A program made the position numbers and the translations under genes. Positions 20,698 to 30,395 of a stretch of 64,000 nucleotides of DNA are shown one piece after another. The stretch's first letter is position 1. Each line of letters starts with the position of its first letter. Under the pieces are notes generated by a model. That model ran no database searches. It was given only the letters and a program-made list of their open reading frames with translations, and was not told where the DNA came from. Origin of the DNA: Cyanobacteriota bacterium (lineage in GTDB: Bacteria; Cyanobacteriota; Cyanobacteriia; PCC-6307; Cyanobiaceae); assembly GCA_046052125.1 (NCBI GenBank), contig JBJOMY010000002.1, positions 160,001-224,000 of the forward strand. Reading direction: 5' to 3'.

Positions 20698-21255
20698 TCA
20701 CCAGCTCACGCCGTGCAATTTGGGTAGGGGCGCCGTCTTGAACGTGGTGGCAAACAGCCGCGGAATCAGGCGGCTGTTGTACACGCGGAACTCACGCACC
20801 ACACTGGCGCCTTCCTCCCGCACGGCCTGATTGAGCACCACCGAACCGTCGGGATCGGAGACGGAGCGATGGAAGGTGCCGGGCGGAATGCGCAGGATGT
20901 CGCCACCGGTTTCCAGGCGAACAATGTGGTACGGGTAATTCCAGCCGAAGTTCACCAGGTAGAAGGTGCGGCCGCCGTGGAGGGCCAGCAGATTGTCTTC
21001 CTGGTGGGGGTGCAGATAGAACTGCCAGGCGCCAGTGTTCTCCTCATCCGGAGGGCTCACCGCCGGGCCCGAGTGGATCACCAGATCGCGCGCATTCGAT
21101 TCGGCAACGGTGATGTCGAAGAAGCGAACCGCGGGAGTATCGCGGAACTTTTCATAGGGAATCAGCTCAAACATCGGAGCCCGCTCCGGGGAGGCGAGCT
21201 CCAGGGATCGGCTTTCACGCTGAAGTGAGTCCTGCTGCAGCGGCAATGCAGACAT
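20698..21255 (-). CDS. Cupin-fold conserved picocyanobacterial protein
   Basis: YLHPHQEDNL and LRIPPGTFHRS match cupin metal motifs 1 and 2; an alternative start at MFELIPY is possible. Confidence 0.8.
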   Translation of the reverse strand: MSALPLQQDSLQRESRSLELASPERAPMFELIPYEKFRDTPAVRFFDITVAESNARDLVIHSGPAVSPPDEENTGAWQFYLHPHQEDNLLALHGGRTFYLVNFGWNYPYHIVRLETGGDILRIPPGTFHRSVSDPDGSVVLNQAVREEGASVVREFRVYNSRLIPRLFATTFKTAPLPKLHGVSW

Positions 21256-21379
21256 GGCGAATGATGCGGCGGTGGCCTGGGGGATGGGCCAATGAACCGC
21301 GAAAGGAGGTTCGCAATGGTTCGCAGTACTACGTAATCAACGTTTCCACAGACCAGTGCGTTAGGTGGTTTTGGCGTAC

Positions 21380-21393
21380 GTAGCGTTGGTTAC
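21380..21393. promoter_or_regulatory. Consensus NtcA box
   Basis: GTAGCGTTGGTTAC (perfect GTA-N8-TAC) in the divergent intergenic region. Confidence 0.7.
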
Positions 21394-21411
21394 AACTTGG
21401 GCTGTTTTCTG

Positions 21412-21771
21412 ATGACGACACCCTCCTTCAACTGCGCAGCCCGCACCCAGCAAGCCCTCGTACTGCTGCTAAGCCAACAGCTGATCGATGCCCAGATCGT
21501 GCGAGCGGATCGCCCTGGCACCAATCGCCTCTGGCAGGAGGTCGGGGCACTGGAGATCGAACCCGAGCGCATCGAAAATCTGCTCTATTGCGGTCTTGAT
21601 GGCAGCGATCGCCAAGGGTTGATCGCCGAAGACAACGGCTGGCTCAGCCGCAACAGCCCGCGTCCACGCAACCGCTGGAACGTGTGGGGTGGCCGCCGCC
21701 GTCAGCCTTGCCGGAGCGGAATCGGCATCTCCACCTCCGCTGGCTTGGGCGCACAGCTCGCCACACGCTGA
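21412..21771 (+). CDS. Hypothetical protein
   Basis: Plausible helical protein; the 3' end overlaps cobA on the opposite strand by 70 nt. Confidence 0.55.
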   Translation: MTTPSFNCAARTQQALVLLLSQQLIDAQIVRADRPGTNRLWQEVGALEIEPERIENLLYCGLDGSDRQGLIAEDNGWLSRNSPRPRNRWNVWGGRRRQPCRSGIGISTSAGLGAQLATR

Positions 21772-22502
21772 TTCACCACTTCACCGATCACCACGATCGA
21801 CGGGGACGCCAGCTCAGCGTCCCGCACCGCCTCAGCTAGACCCGCAAGATCCGCAATCACCGAGCGCTGACCGCGCACCGTGCCCTGCTGCACAGCCGCG
21901 GCGGGAGTTGTGGGGGGGAGGCCGCCAGCAATCAGCTCCTCACAGATGTGGGGCAAGTTATGCAGCCCCATGTAGATCACCAGGCCATCACTGCTGCGAG
22001 CCAAGGCCTGCCAATCCACACCAGGGCGCGCTTTATCGATTTCCTCGTGCCCGGTCACGAAGGTGACCGAACTGCCAGCGCGCCGATGGGTCACCGGAAT
22101 GCCCACGTAGGCCGGGGCGGCGATACCAGCCGTGACCCCCGGCACCACTTCCACGGCGACGCCATGGCGCTCAAGATGGGCGGCTTCCTCTCCACCACGC
22201 CCAAACAGGAAGGGGTCACCCCCTTTGAGCCGCACCACACAACGGTGGCGGCCCGCCAGCTCCACCAACACCGCATTGGTGCTGGGCTGTGGCACGGAAT
22301 GGTGTCCGCGCCGTTTGCCCACGAAGTGCTTCTCCGCCGTTTCGGGCACCAGCGCCAACACCTCCCGCGGCACCAACGAGTCGTACACCAGGGCATCGCA
22401 GCTGGAGAGCAGGCGATGGGCCTTGATCGTGAGTAGATCGGGATCGCCGGGTCCCGCCCCCACCAGATACACCTTGCCGGTGGAGCCAGCCTCAGCGCTC
22501 AT
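21702..22502 (-). CDS. cobA: Uroporphyrinogen-III C-methyltransferase
   Basis: VYLVGAGPGDPDLLT, RLKGGDPFLFGRGGEE, PVTHR. Confidence 0.95.
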   Translation of the reverse strand: MSAEAGSTGKVYLVGAGPGDPDLLTIKAHRLLSSCDALVYDSLVPREVLALVPETAEKHFVGKRRGHHSVPQPSTNAVLVELAGRHRCVVRLKGGDPFLFGRGGEEAAHLERHGVAVEVVPGVTAGIAAPAYVGIPVTHRRAGSSVTFVTGHEEIDKARPGVDWQALARSSDGLVIYMGLHNLPHICEELIAGGLPPTTPAAAVQQGTVRGQRSVIADLAGLAEAVRDAELASPSIVVIGEVVNQRVASCAPKPAEVEMPIPLRQG

Positions 22503-23236
22503 GGCAGGGCCTCCAGTTGGGCCAACAGAAAATCGCGCACGGCAGGCAGATCGAGCAGAGGGGGCAGCACCTCAGCCGATGGTGCACACCCACCCATGTT
22601 GAGGGATTCACTGAGGCGATTGGCGGCGAGGGTGAGCGGCGCCAGCAACTGCGGTTTCACAGTCTGGGCAGCGAGGCTGGCGCAGGGATCGCTGTAGGAC
22701 GCCGCCGCCCCCGGATAGCCCAGCACCGCGGCCAGGTGGTTGAGATAGCGATCACTGAGGGCACCCTGGAGTGGATGGTGCAGCCACAGCAAAGAGCGAC
22801 CCTGAGCGAACTCCGCCCATGTAGCAGCCAACAGCTGTTGCCATTGCCGCCAGGCTCCAAGAAATGGCAGGCGGCGTACCGCCACCATGGCTTCGCCCCC
22901 CGCTGCAGAGCGGTGATGCCAGCCGGCGGTGATCGCGGGCAGGTCGCTGCGCACGTGCTCGCCAGGCAGCAACAACAAAGGCACCAGCGTCAGCGCTCCC
23001 GCCAGGCGGGCGGCCAACCAGAAACGGCCATCACCATCGGGGGTGACGGCCGTAAGGGCCTGCACCAAAACCGGCGCTCCACGGCGCTGCTCCAACTCAG
23101 CGGCGAGTTGCTGCAATGCCACTGGGATCACTCCCCCCTGGCGGCCGTGCACGACCAGCACAAGCGGAGTGCGCTGCTCACAGCGTTCAGTGGATTCGCT
23201 CAGCCCCAAGGGCCCATGGATCACCGTTGCCATCAC
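22499..23236 (-). CDS. CbiX/SirB-family chelatase
   Basis: LVVHGR and PLLLLPGEHVRSDLP; coupled to cobA. Confidence 0.75.
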   Translation of the reverse strand: MMATVIHGPLGLSESTERCEQRTPLVLVVHGRQGGVIPVALQQLAAELEQRRGAPVLVQALTAVTPDGDGRFWLAARLAGALTLVPLLLLPGEHVRSDLPAITAGWHHRSAAGGEAMVAVRRLPFLGAWRQWQQLLAATWAEFAQGRSLLWLHHPLQGALSDRYLNHLAAVLGYPGAAASYSDPCASLAAQTVKPQLLAPLTLAANRLSESLNMGGCAPSAEVLPPLLDLPAVRDFLLAQLEALP

Positions 23237-23311
23237 CCTGGCAGGTCAGGGGCAGCTTCAGACAAGAGCCCAATCCAGCTGTGAGCCAGGATTAAAAGCG
23301 GCAAGCCGGTC

Positions 23312-24382
23312 ATGGGTGGCATGGTTGAAGAACCCAGCCCAAACGCACTCTCAGACGATCGATCGGCGGCCAAGCTTCGTTTTCGCACCTATCTCGGCAA
23401 GGTGGGCAGCGGCGAACACACCAGCAGTGGCCTGAGCCGCGAGGAAGCGGCCGATGCCATGGAGCTGATGCTCGATGGCATCGCCAGCCCGGTCCAAATC
23501 GGTGCCTTCCTGATCGCCCATCGCATCCGCAGGCCCGAGCCCCAAGAACTCGCCGGGATGCTGGATGTGTACCGGCGCCGGGGGCCATCCCTCACCAGCA
23601 GAGAACCGGCGATCTGCTTCGGCATGCCATTTGATGGCCGCAATCGCACCGCGCCGATCTACCCGCTCACTGCCTTGGTGCTGGCGACCGCGGGGGTTCC
23701 GGTGGTGCTGCACGGCGGCCAGCGCATGCCTGTGAAATACGGCGTGACTGCCGCGGAGCTCTTTAGCAGCCTGGGACTAGCCCTGAGCGGTCATCCGCTG
23801 AGCTGGGTCCAGACCTGCCTGGATCGTTGGCACTTGGCTCTTGTGCATCAGCCGGACCACTTCCCTGAAGCTGATGGCTTGATCGAAATCCGCGATGAAA
23901 TCGGCAAACGCCCACCGCTCGCGAGCTTGGAGCTGATCTGGACAGCCCATCGCGGCAATCACGTGCTCGTGAGCGGCTTTGTCCACCAGCCCACAGAGGC
24001 CAGAACTTGGGAAGCACTGCACCTGGCGGGTGAAACCAACGTGCTCACCGTGAAGGGGCTGGAGGGCGGCACCGATCTGCCCATCAGCCGCACCTGTGTG
24101 GCCGGCCGGAGCGAAAGCGGCAACGGTGAGCGCTTGTTGCTGAATCCGCGCGAGCACGGCTTCGAAGGCACTGACCCAATCTGGGACAGCCTGCCAAGCT
24201 GGAGCCAGCAGGCTCTGGCCGCCCTGAGCGGACAAGGTGAGCTCGCCGACGCATTGCGCTGGAACAGCGGCACCTATTTATGGCTGGCGGGGCGATGCGC
24301 CGACCAACAGGCGGGCATCCAGAAGGCGGACACCCTTCTGCAGAGCGGTGCTGCTCTACGACTTCTGGAGCAGATGCGCTAG
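23312..24382 (+). CDS. Anthranilate phosphoribosyltransferase-like protein (TrpD2/YbiB, CnaT-like)
   Basis: KVGSGEHTS..LSREEA, QIGAFLIAHRI, PFDGRNRT, PVKYGV, GFVHQPTE, KGLEG. Confidence 0.8.
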   Translation: MGGMVEEPSPNALSDDRSAAKLRFRTYLGKVGSGEHTSSGLSREEAADAMELMLDGIASPVQIGAFLIAHRIRRPEPQELAGMLDVYRRRGPSLTSREPAICFGMPFDGRNRTAPIYPLTALVLATAGVPVVLHGGQRMPVKYGVTAAELFSSLGLALSGHPLSWVQTCLDRWHLALVHQPDHFPEADGLIEIRDEIGKRPPLASLELIWTAHRGNHVLVSGFVHQPTEARTWEALHLAGETNVLTVKGLEGGTDLPISRTCVAGRSESGNGERLLLNPREHGFEGTDPIWDSLPSWSQQALAALSGQGELADALRWNSGTYLWLAGRCADQQAGIQKADTLLQSGAALRLLEQMR

Positions 24383-24651
24383 GGGCGGAATTGAAAACCA
24401 AAAAGTTTCCGAACACCGCTGCACAAATCGGCCGCTAGGTCTACTTTTTCGAGCACTCCGCTGGTCCTCCAATGCTCGTGAAAAGCGGCACCGGCTCCTT
24501 CTCCATGGTGGGAGGAATGGTGATGAGCGCCCCGCAACAGCACACCGCTCGCCATAAGCAGCACTCACCGCTGAGCCAACTGGTGCGTCAACTCCTCAGG
24601 CCTTTCAAATAAGGCTGCGTGGGAAGGTGAAGCCAACACCGGGCCACCGCC

Positions 24652-25908
24652 ATGAGCTGGAGCCGCCCCTCCACCTCCCTCTGCGCCTTCATCACGCTGC
24701 TGAACGACCGGCTGGGAGAAAGCATCGTTTTCCCGCTGCTGCCATTTCTGCTCGCGAGTTTCACCAGTAACGGCCGCACCCTCGGGCTGTTGGCGGGCAG
24801 CTACGCGATCGCCCAGTTCGCCTTCACCCCGCTGATCGGCGCCCTCAGCGATCGCTACGGCCGCAAACCCGTGATCGCCGTGTGCGTGGCGGGGTCGGTG
24901 TTGGGGCTTGGCCTGTTTGCCATCACCTTGAGCATCAACTGGCAGGCGATCCCCTGGGCCGCCGGGGGGCTGATTCCCCTGGCGCTGCTGTTCTGCGGAC
25001 GGCTGATTGATGGGGTGAGTGGTGGCACGGCCGCCACCGCCGGCGCCGTGCTGGCCGACATCTCCACCCCCGAAAACCGGGCCAAAGCCTTCGGGCTAAT
25101 CGGCGTGGCCTTCGGGCTTGGCTTCATCCTCGGGCCCGCCTTCGGCGGCGTGCTGGCTGGGTTCAGCGTGACGCTGCCCGTGTGGGTGGCCACGGGATTC
25201 GCCCTGGTGAACTTGCTGCTGGTGGTGGTGTTGCTGCCGGAAACCCATCCCCAGGAGGCGCGGCGGGCGATGCCGCGCAAACGCGATCTCAACCCCTTCA
25301 CCGCCCTCAAGCGGGTGTTCACCAACCCTCAGGTGCGCCGGCTCTGCGCCGCGTTCTTTCTCTTCTTTATGGCCTTCAACGGCTTTACGGCCGTGCTGGT
25401 GCTCTATTTCAAGCAGGCCTTCAACTGGGGACCTGGCCTTGCCACCACAGCCTTCCTGGTGGTGGGTGTGGTGGCCACAGTGGTGCAGGGCGGGCTGATC
25501 GGACCGCTGGTGGCGCGCTTCGGCGAGTGGCGCCTCACCCTGGCGGGCCTCGGGTTCGTGATCATCGGTTGCCTGCTGATCCCGATGGCCAACAGCAGCA
25601 ACGCCGCGGGAGTGGTGTTCAGCGCCGTGGCGATCCTGGCCCTCGGCACCGGTCTGGTGACCCCATGCCTGCGGGCGCTGGTGTCGCGCCGGCTCGGCGA
25701 CAGCGGCCAGGGTGCAGCCCTGGGCAGCCTGCAGGGGTTGCAGAGCCTGGGCAGCTTCATCGGCCCGCCCGTGGCCGGCTTCAGCTACGACATGCTCGGG
25801 CAGCGCAGCCCCTTCTGGCTGGGGATCGCCCTGCTGGTTGGCGTAGCCGCCCTGGTGGCGGGAGGGCTGCCGTCAAGCGGCCAGAACACGCAAAACAGAC
25901 CAACCTGA
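24652..25908 (+). CDS. MFS transporter (TetA/DHA1-like)
   Basis: GALSDRYGRKP (motif A) and GFILGPAFGG (motif C). Confidence 0.9.
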   Translation: MSWSRPSTSLCAFITLLNDRLGESIVFPLLPFLLASFTSNGRTLGLLAGSYAIAQFAFTPLIGALSDRYGRKPVIAVCVAGSVLGLGLFAITLSINWQAIPWAAGGLIPLALLFCGRLIDGVSGGTAATAGAVLADISTPENRAKAFGLIGVAFGLGFILGPAFGGVLAGFSVTLPVWVATGFALVNLLLVVVLLPETHPQEARRAMPRKRDLNPFTALKRVFTNPQVRRLCAAFFLFFMAFNGFTAVLVLYFKQAFNWGPGLATTAFLVVGVVATVVQGGLIGPLVARFGEWRLTLAGLGFVIIGCLLIPMANSSNAAGVVFSAVAILALGTGLVTPCLRALVSRRLGDSGQGAALGSLQGLQSLGSFIGPPVAGFSYDMLGQRSPFWLGIALLVGVAALVAGGLPSSGQNTQNRPT

Positions 25909-25943
25909 TTGCTAATTTGCACAGATAGGTCGATCGGTGATGC

Positions 25944-28082
25944 ATGGCTGAACCCGCGGTAGCGCCGGAGCTGTACATCAACCGGGAGCTCAGCTGGGTT
26001 GCCTTCAACCAACGGGTTCTCTCCCAGGCGCTGAGCGAGCACACGCCACTGCTGGAGCAGGCCAAATTCAGCGCGATTTTCAGCAATAACCTCGACGAAT
26101 TTTTCATGGTGCGTGTGGCTTCGTTGAAGTCACAGGTAGAGGCCGGCGTTCAAACCCTCAGTGACGACGGCCTCACGCCAAGCCAGCAGCTGGCGAAGGT
26201 GCGCGAAGCGCTGGCGCCGCTCCTGAGCCAGCAGCAGGCCCACTACCGCCACTACCTCAAGCATCAACTGGCAGACGTTGGTGTTCACCTGATCGACTAC
26301 GCCAAGCTCAACAAGAAGCAGAAGCAGTGGGTCAACACCTACTTCCAGAACGCCATCTTTCCGGTGCTCACACCACTGGCGGTGGATCCGGCGCACCCCT
26401 TTCCGTTTATCAGCAACCTCAGCCTCAACATTGCTGCGCTGATTCGCGACCCCGATTCAGGCCAACAACAATTCGCCCGCGTGAAGGTGCCGCAGAAAAA
26501 CCTGCCGCGCTTCGTGCAGCTGCCCGTTGAACTCAGCGACCACGAACCCAGCCCGGTCTACACGGCGGTTCCGCTGGAGCAGGTGGTGGCCTTCAACCTG
26601 AAGCTGCTCTTCCCCGGCATGACGGTGGAAGGCCACTACTTCTTCCGCGTCACCCGCGACGCCGACCTGGAGCTGCGGGATCTCGAAGCCGACGATCTGA
26701 TGGAGGCCCTGCAGCAGGGTCTGCGCAAACGGCGCATGGGCGGCGAGGTGGTGCGCCTCGAAGTGGCCGATGAGATGCCCCAAGACGTGGTGGATCTTTT
26801 GCTGGAGGGCACCGGCGTGGAGCCGGCGGATCTCTATCGGATCAACGGGCCGCTGGGCCTCGACGATCTGATGAGCCTGATGGCCGTGCCCCTGCCGAAG
26901 CTCAAGGACAAGCCCTACCGCGGCCGCACCCCAGCGGTGCTGGCCCGGGCCCAGAAGAGCCTGCTGGAAGACGGTTCGATCAAGGCGGAGGAATTCGAAA
27001 GCATCTTTTCCGTGCTGCGCCGCGGCGACGTGCTGCTGCATCACCCCTTCGATCTGTTCTCCACCTCGGTGGAGGAGTTCATCAACCAAGCGGCCGACGA
27101 CCCCTCGGTGCTGGCGATCAAGATGACTCTCTACCGGGTGTCGAAGGACTCGCCGATCATTGCCGCCCTGATCCGGGCAGCCGAAAACGGCAAGCAGGTG
27201 ATGGCCTTGGTGGAGCTCAAGGCTCGCTTCGATGAAGACAACAACATCCAGTGGGCCCGGCAGCTGGAGCGCTCCGGCGTGCACGTGGTGTACGGGGTGA
27301 TCGGCCTCAAGACCCACACCAAAATCACCCTGGTGGTGCGCAAGGAAAAGGAGCGGCTGCGCAGCTACTGCCACATCGCCACCGGCAACTACAACTCCCG
27401 CACCTCCACCCTCTACACCGATCTCGGCCTGCTCTCCGCCAGGCCGGAGCTGGGCCAGGACCTGGCCGAACTGTTCAACTACCTCACCGGCTTCTCCAAG
27501 CAGCAGGAATTCCGCAAGCTGCTGGTGGCACCGGTGACGCTCAGGCGGCGCATGCAGGAGCTGATCCAGCGCGAAACGGAACACGCCCGGGCCGGACGCC
27601 CCGCTGCGATCAAAGCGAAGATGAACGCGCTGGTGGATCCGCGGATCATCGGCCTGCTTTATGAAGCCTCTCAGGCCGGCGTAAAAATCGACCTGGTGGT
27701 GCGTGGCATGTGCAGCCTGCGACCAGGCGTTGAAGGGGTCAGCGACAACATCCGCGTCTCGAGTGTGATCGGTCGTTTTCTGGAGCACTCACGACTCTTC
27801 TGGTTCGCCAATGGCGGCACCGATGAGATGTATATCGGCAGCGCCGATTGGATGGGCCGCAACCTCGATCGCCGCGTGGAAGCGGTGGTGCCGATCGAAG
27901 ATCCCAACCTGCACCAGAGCCTGCTCCGCCTGATCGACGCCTACCTCGCCGACAACTGCACCGCCTGGGACATGCAGACCGACGGCAGCTTCGTGCGCCG
28001 CATTCCCGACGATGACAACATCGCCGTTCAGGCTGGCCTGATCAAGGACTGGCACCAAGGGCTATCTGGCGGCGACAGCTAG
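25944..28082 (+). CDS. ppk1: Polyphosphate kinase 1
   Basis: YINRELSW, NLDEFFMVRVA, ELKARFDE, KTHTK, RFLEHSR. Confidence 0.97.
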   Translation: MAEPAVAPELYINRELSWVAFNQRVLSQALSEHTPLLEQAKFSAIFSNNLDEFFMVRVASLKSQVEAGVQTLSDDGLTPSQQLAKVREALAPLLSQQQAHYRHYLKHQLADVGVHLIDYAKLNKKQKQWVNTYFQNAIFPVLTPLAVDPAHPFPFISNLSLNIAALIRDPDSGQQQFARVKVPQKNLPRFVQLPVELSDHEPSPVYTAVPLEQVVAFNLKLLFPGMTVEGHYFFRVTRDADLELRDLEADDLMEALQQGLRKRRMGGEVVRLEVADEMPQDVVDLLLEGTGVEPADLYRINGPLGLDDLMSLMAVPLPKLKDKPYRGRTPAVLARAQKSLLEDGSIKAEEFESIFSVLRRGDVLLHHPFDLFSTSVEEFINQAADDPSVLAIKMTLYRVSKDSPIIAALIRAAENGKQVMALVELKARFDEDNNIQWARQLERSGVHVVYGVIGLKTHTKITLVVRKEKERLRSYCHIATGNYNSRTSTLYTDLGLLSARPELGQDLAELFNYLTGFSKQQEFRKLLVAPVTLRRRMQELIQRETEHARAGRPAAIKAKMNALVDPRIIGLLYEASQAGVKIDLVVRGMCSLRPGVEGVSDNIRVSSVIGRFLEHSRLFWFANGGTDEMYIGSADWMGRNLDRRVEAVVPIEDPNLHQSLLRLIDAYLADNCTAWDMQTDGSFVRRIPDDDNIAVQAGLIKDWHQGLSGGDS

Positions 28083-28084
28083 CC

Positions 28085-28098
28085 GTAACGGCCGCTAC
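28085..28098. promoter_or_regulatory. Consensus NtcA box upstream of the sigma factor gene
   Basis: GTAACGGCCGCTAC (perfect GTA-N8-TAC); extended -10 TGcTACATT at 28171-28179. Confidence 0.6.
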
Positions 28099-28213
28099 AA
28101 ACAAGAAGAAAATCCAACGGAAAGGCTGCAGCAAGTCTTCCAATTCGCTGCGTTCTCAACACAGTGAAAGTGCTACATTCCGGCCAAATCAAGTTGAGGT
28201 CGGGGTCACGAGC

Positions 28214-29248
28214 ATGTCTCACCACTCCACCAACCCTCAATCTCTCCCTCCCCTCCAGTCCGACCCCGCTGGATTCCACGCCATGGATACCAACAATGCC
28301 GCTGCTTCCGGGCTGATGAACAACAGATCAGTCACCCGAAACGGCGCATACCGGCAGGGAGGTCGCCTCAGTGCTGATTCGATCGGCTGGTACCTGAGCA
28401 ACATCGGTCGGGTGCCGCTGCTCACCCCCGCCGAAGAAATCGAGCTTGCCCATCATGTGCAGGCGATGAAGAAGCTCCAGGAGCTTCCCAGCGATCAACT
28501 CACCCCACGCCAGAAGCACCAGATCCGCATGGGCTGCCGCGCCCGCGACCGGATGATGGCGGCCAACCTCCGGCTGGTGGTGAGCGTGGCCAAGAAATAT
28601 CAAAACCAGGGTCTTGAGCTGCTCGATCTCGTTCAGGAAGGAGCGATCGGACTGGAGCGGGCGGTCGACAAGTTCGATCCCGCCATGGGCTACAAGTTCT
28701 CCACCTATGCCTATTGGTGGATCCGCCAGGGCATGACGCGCGCCATCGACAACAGCGCACGCACGATCCGCCTGCCGATCCACGTGAGCGAAAAGCTCTC
28801 CAAGATGCGGCGTATCACCCGGGAACTCTCCCACCGCTTCGGCCGCCAGCCGAATCGCCTCGAACTGGCCCACGCCATGGGCATGTCGCCCGATGAGCTG
28901 GAAGATCTGGTGTCGCAAAGCGCACCCTGCGCCTCCCTCGATGCCCATGCCCGCGGCGACGACGACCGCAGCACCCTCGGGGAACTGATCGCCGATCCCA
29001 ACAGCAACGAGTCCATGGATTCCATGGACCGCAGCCTGCAGAAAGAGCACCTCGGCACCTGGCTCTCCCAGCTCAATGAGCGCGAGCGGCGCATCATCGA
29101 GCTGCGCTTCGGCCTCGAGGGCAACGAGCCCCTCACCCTCGCCGAGATCGGCCGTCAGATCAATGTGTCGCGCGAACGGGTGCGCCAGCTGGAAGCCAAG
29201 GCAATCCTCAAGCTGCGCATGATGACCAACTATCAGCAGGCTGCCTGA
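28214..29248 (+). CDS. Group 2 RpoD-family sigma factor
   Basis: YLSNIGRVPLLT, ANLRLVVSVAKKY, KFSTYAYWWIRQ, SRERVRQLE; no region 1.1; start may be 28283. Confidence 0.95.
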   Translation: MSHHSTNPQSLPPLQSDPAGFHAMDTNNAAASGLMNNRSVTRNGAYRQGGRLSADSIGWYLSNIGRVPLLTPAEEIELAHHVQAMKKLQELPSDQLTPRQKHQIRMGCRARDRMMAANLRLVVSVAKKYQNQGLELLDLVQEGAIGLERAVDKFDPAMGYKFSTYAYWWIRQGMTRAIDNSARTIRLPIHVSEKLSKMRRITRELSHRFGRQPNRLELAHAMGMSPDELEDLVSQSAPCASLDAHARGDDDRSTLGELIADPNSNESMDSMDRSLQKEHLGTWLSQLNERERRIIELRFGLEGNEPLTLAEIGRQINVSRERVRQLEAKAILKLRMMTNYQQAA

Positions 29249-29259
29249 GCCCGCTGCCC

Positions 29260-29937
29260 TTGAACGACGTTCTGATCCAACAGCTCATCGGCGTCGCCGT
29301 TGTGGTTCTTTGGCTCGCCGTTGTGGTGGTGACCGCTCTGGCGGTGCGCCATCGCTGGCCGCAGCAGCGGGAATGGAGCCGCAAGGTGGTGCACATCGGC
29401 ACCGGACCGGTGGTGTTGCTGGCCTGGGGGCTGGACATCGACCGCTGGGTGGCGCTCCCCGCAGCAATCGCCGTGACCGCAGCCACAGCGATCAACCATC
29501 GCTTCCGGCTGTTGCCAGCCGTTGAGGATGTGGGCCGCCATAGCTACGGCACCATCGCCTATGGCGCCTCCATCGCTCTGCTGCTGGCATTGTTCTGGCC
29601 CAGTCAGCCCCTGGCCGTGGCAGCGGGCGTGTTGGTGATGGCCATCGGCGATGGGCTGGCGGGCCTGATCGGACCGCAGCTCAACTCACCGCGCTGGCGC
29701 CTGTTCGACCAGGGCAAATCCCTGGCGGGCACCCTGGCCATGGCCTTGGGGGCCCTGGCGGTGCTCACACTGCTGCACTCCACCGCTTTGAGCCAGGGCC
29801 TGGGGGCGCCCAGCCTGCCCAACTTGATGTTGATCGCGGCCATCGCCACGGCGCTGGAGCAACTCAGCGCCTTCGGCATCGACAACCTCAGCGTGCCGTT
29901 GAGCGCCGGACTGCTCTGGCAGCACTGGAGCCTCTGA
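29260..29937 (+). CDS. Dolichol/phytol kinase family membrane protein
   Basis: SRKVVHIGTG, GDGLAGLIG, KSLAGT, DNLSVP. Confidence 0.88.
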   Translation: MNDVLIQQLIGVAVVVLWLAVVVVTALAVRHRWPQQREWSRKVVHIGTGPVVLLAWGLDIDRWVALPAAIAVTAATAINHRFRLLPAVEDVGRHSYGTIAYGASIALLLALFWPSQPLAVAAGVLVMAIGDGLAGLIGPQLNSPRWRLFDQGKSLAGTLAMALGALAVLTLLHSTALSQGLGAPSLPNLMLIAAIATALEQLSAFGIDNLSVPLSAGLLWQHWSL

Positions 29938-29945
29938 GGCCAGGC

Positions 29946-30278
29946 TCAGGCCTGCAGCATCGCCTCACAGCGACGCTCCCAGTCGTGCTTGGTGCCTAAG
30001 CCCGCCACCAGTCGGCGGTCGTGCGGCTCCACCAGCAACCGCTGCTGCCATTGGCGAATCGCTTCGGCGCGCTCAAGCCAAACATCCACCACCGTGCTGT
30101 GGATCACCTCCAGATCCCAGCCGCGGCCGCGGGCGGTGTCGAGCGCCCAGCCCAGCAGATCATCCAACTGAAACGGCCGAAAGCCTGCGAACACCGGCCC
30201 CTGGCTGACGCTGCTCTGCTCCAGATAAAAGAGCTGCAAAGGATCAGTCACACCACACAACTGCAGGAGATAGGTCAT
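29946..30278 (-). CDS. Hypothetical protein (110 aa) preceded by CIRCE
   Basis: Only sensible ORF in the gap; ATG 30278 preceded by a purine run (AGGGGG); no recognised family motif. Confidence 0.7.
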   Translation of the reverse strand: MTYLLQLCGVTDPLQLFYLEQSSVSQGPVFAGFRPFQLDDLLGWALDTARGRGWDLEVIHSTVVDVWLERAEAIRQWQQRLLVEPHDRRLVAGLGTKHDWERRCEAMLQA

Positions 30279-30368
30279 CAACAGACCCCCTGATCGCGTT
30301 TGATCAAACACTAACCGCAGCCGATCGGGCCGCTGTTCAGCTCAAACAGTTTGCAACGAGGGCATGAA

Positions 30369-30395
30369 TTAGCACTCCAACAAAGCGAGTGCTAA
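30369..30395. promoter_or_regulatory. CIRCE element (HrcA operator)
   Basis: TTAGCACTC-CAACAAAGC-GAGTGCTAA, an exact consensus with 9-nt spacer; the inverted repeat extends to 14 bp (30364-30400). Confidence 0.92.

Noticed and set aside
21256..21379. Possible glutamine riboswitch in the N island
   Set aside because: The CGUU...GGAAGUA...AACG core was not found on either strand.
24379..24564. 61-aa ORF with a His cluster (AHHHSSHH)
   Set aside because: Atypical codon use and no clear ribosome site or family motif; treated as part of an unexplained gap.
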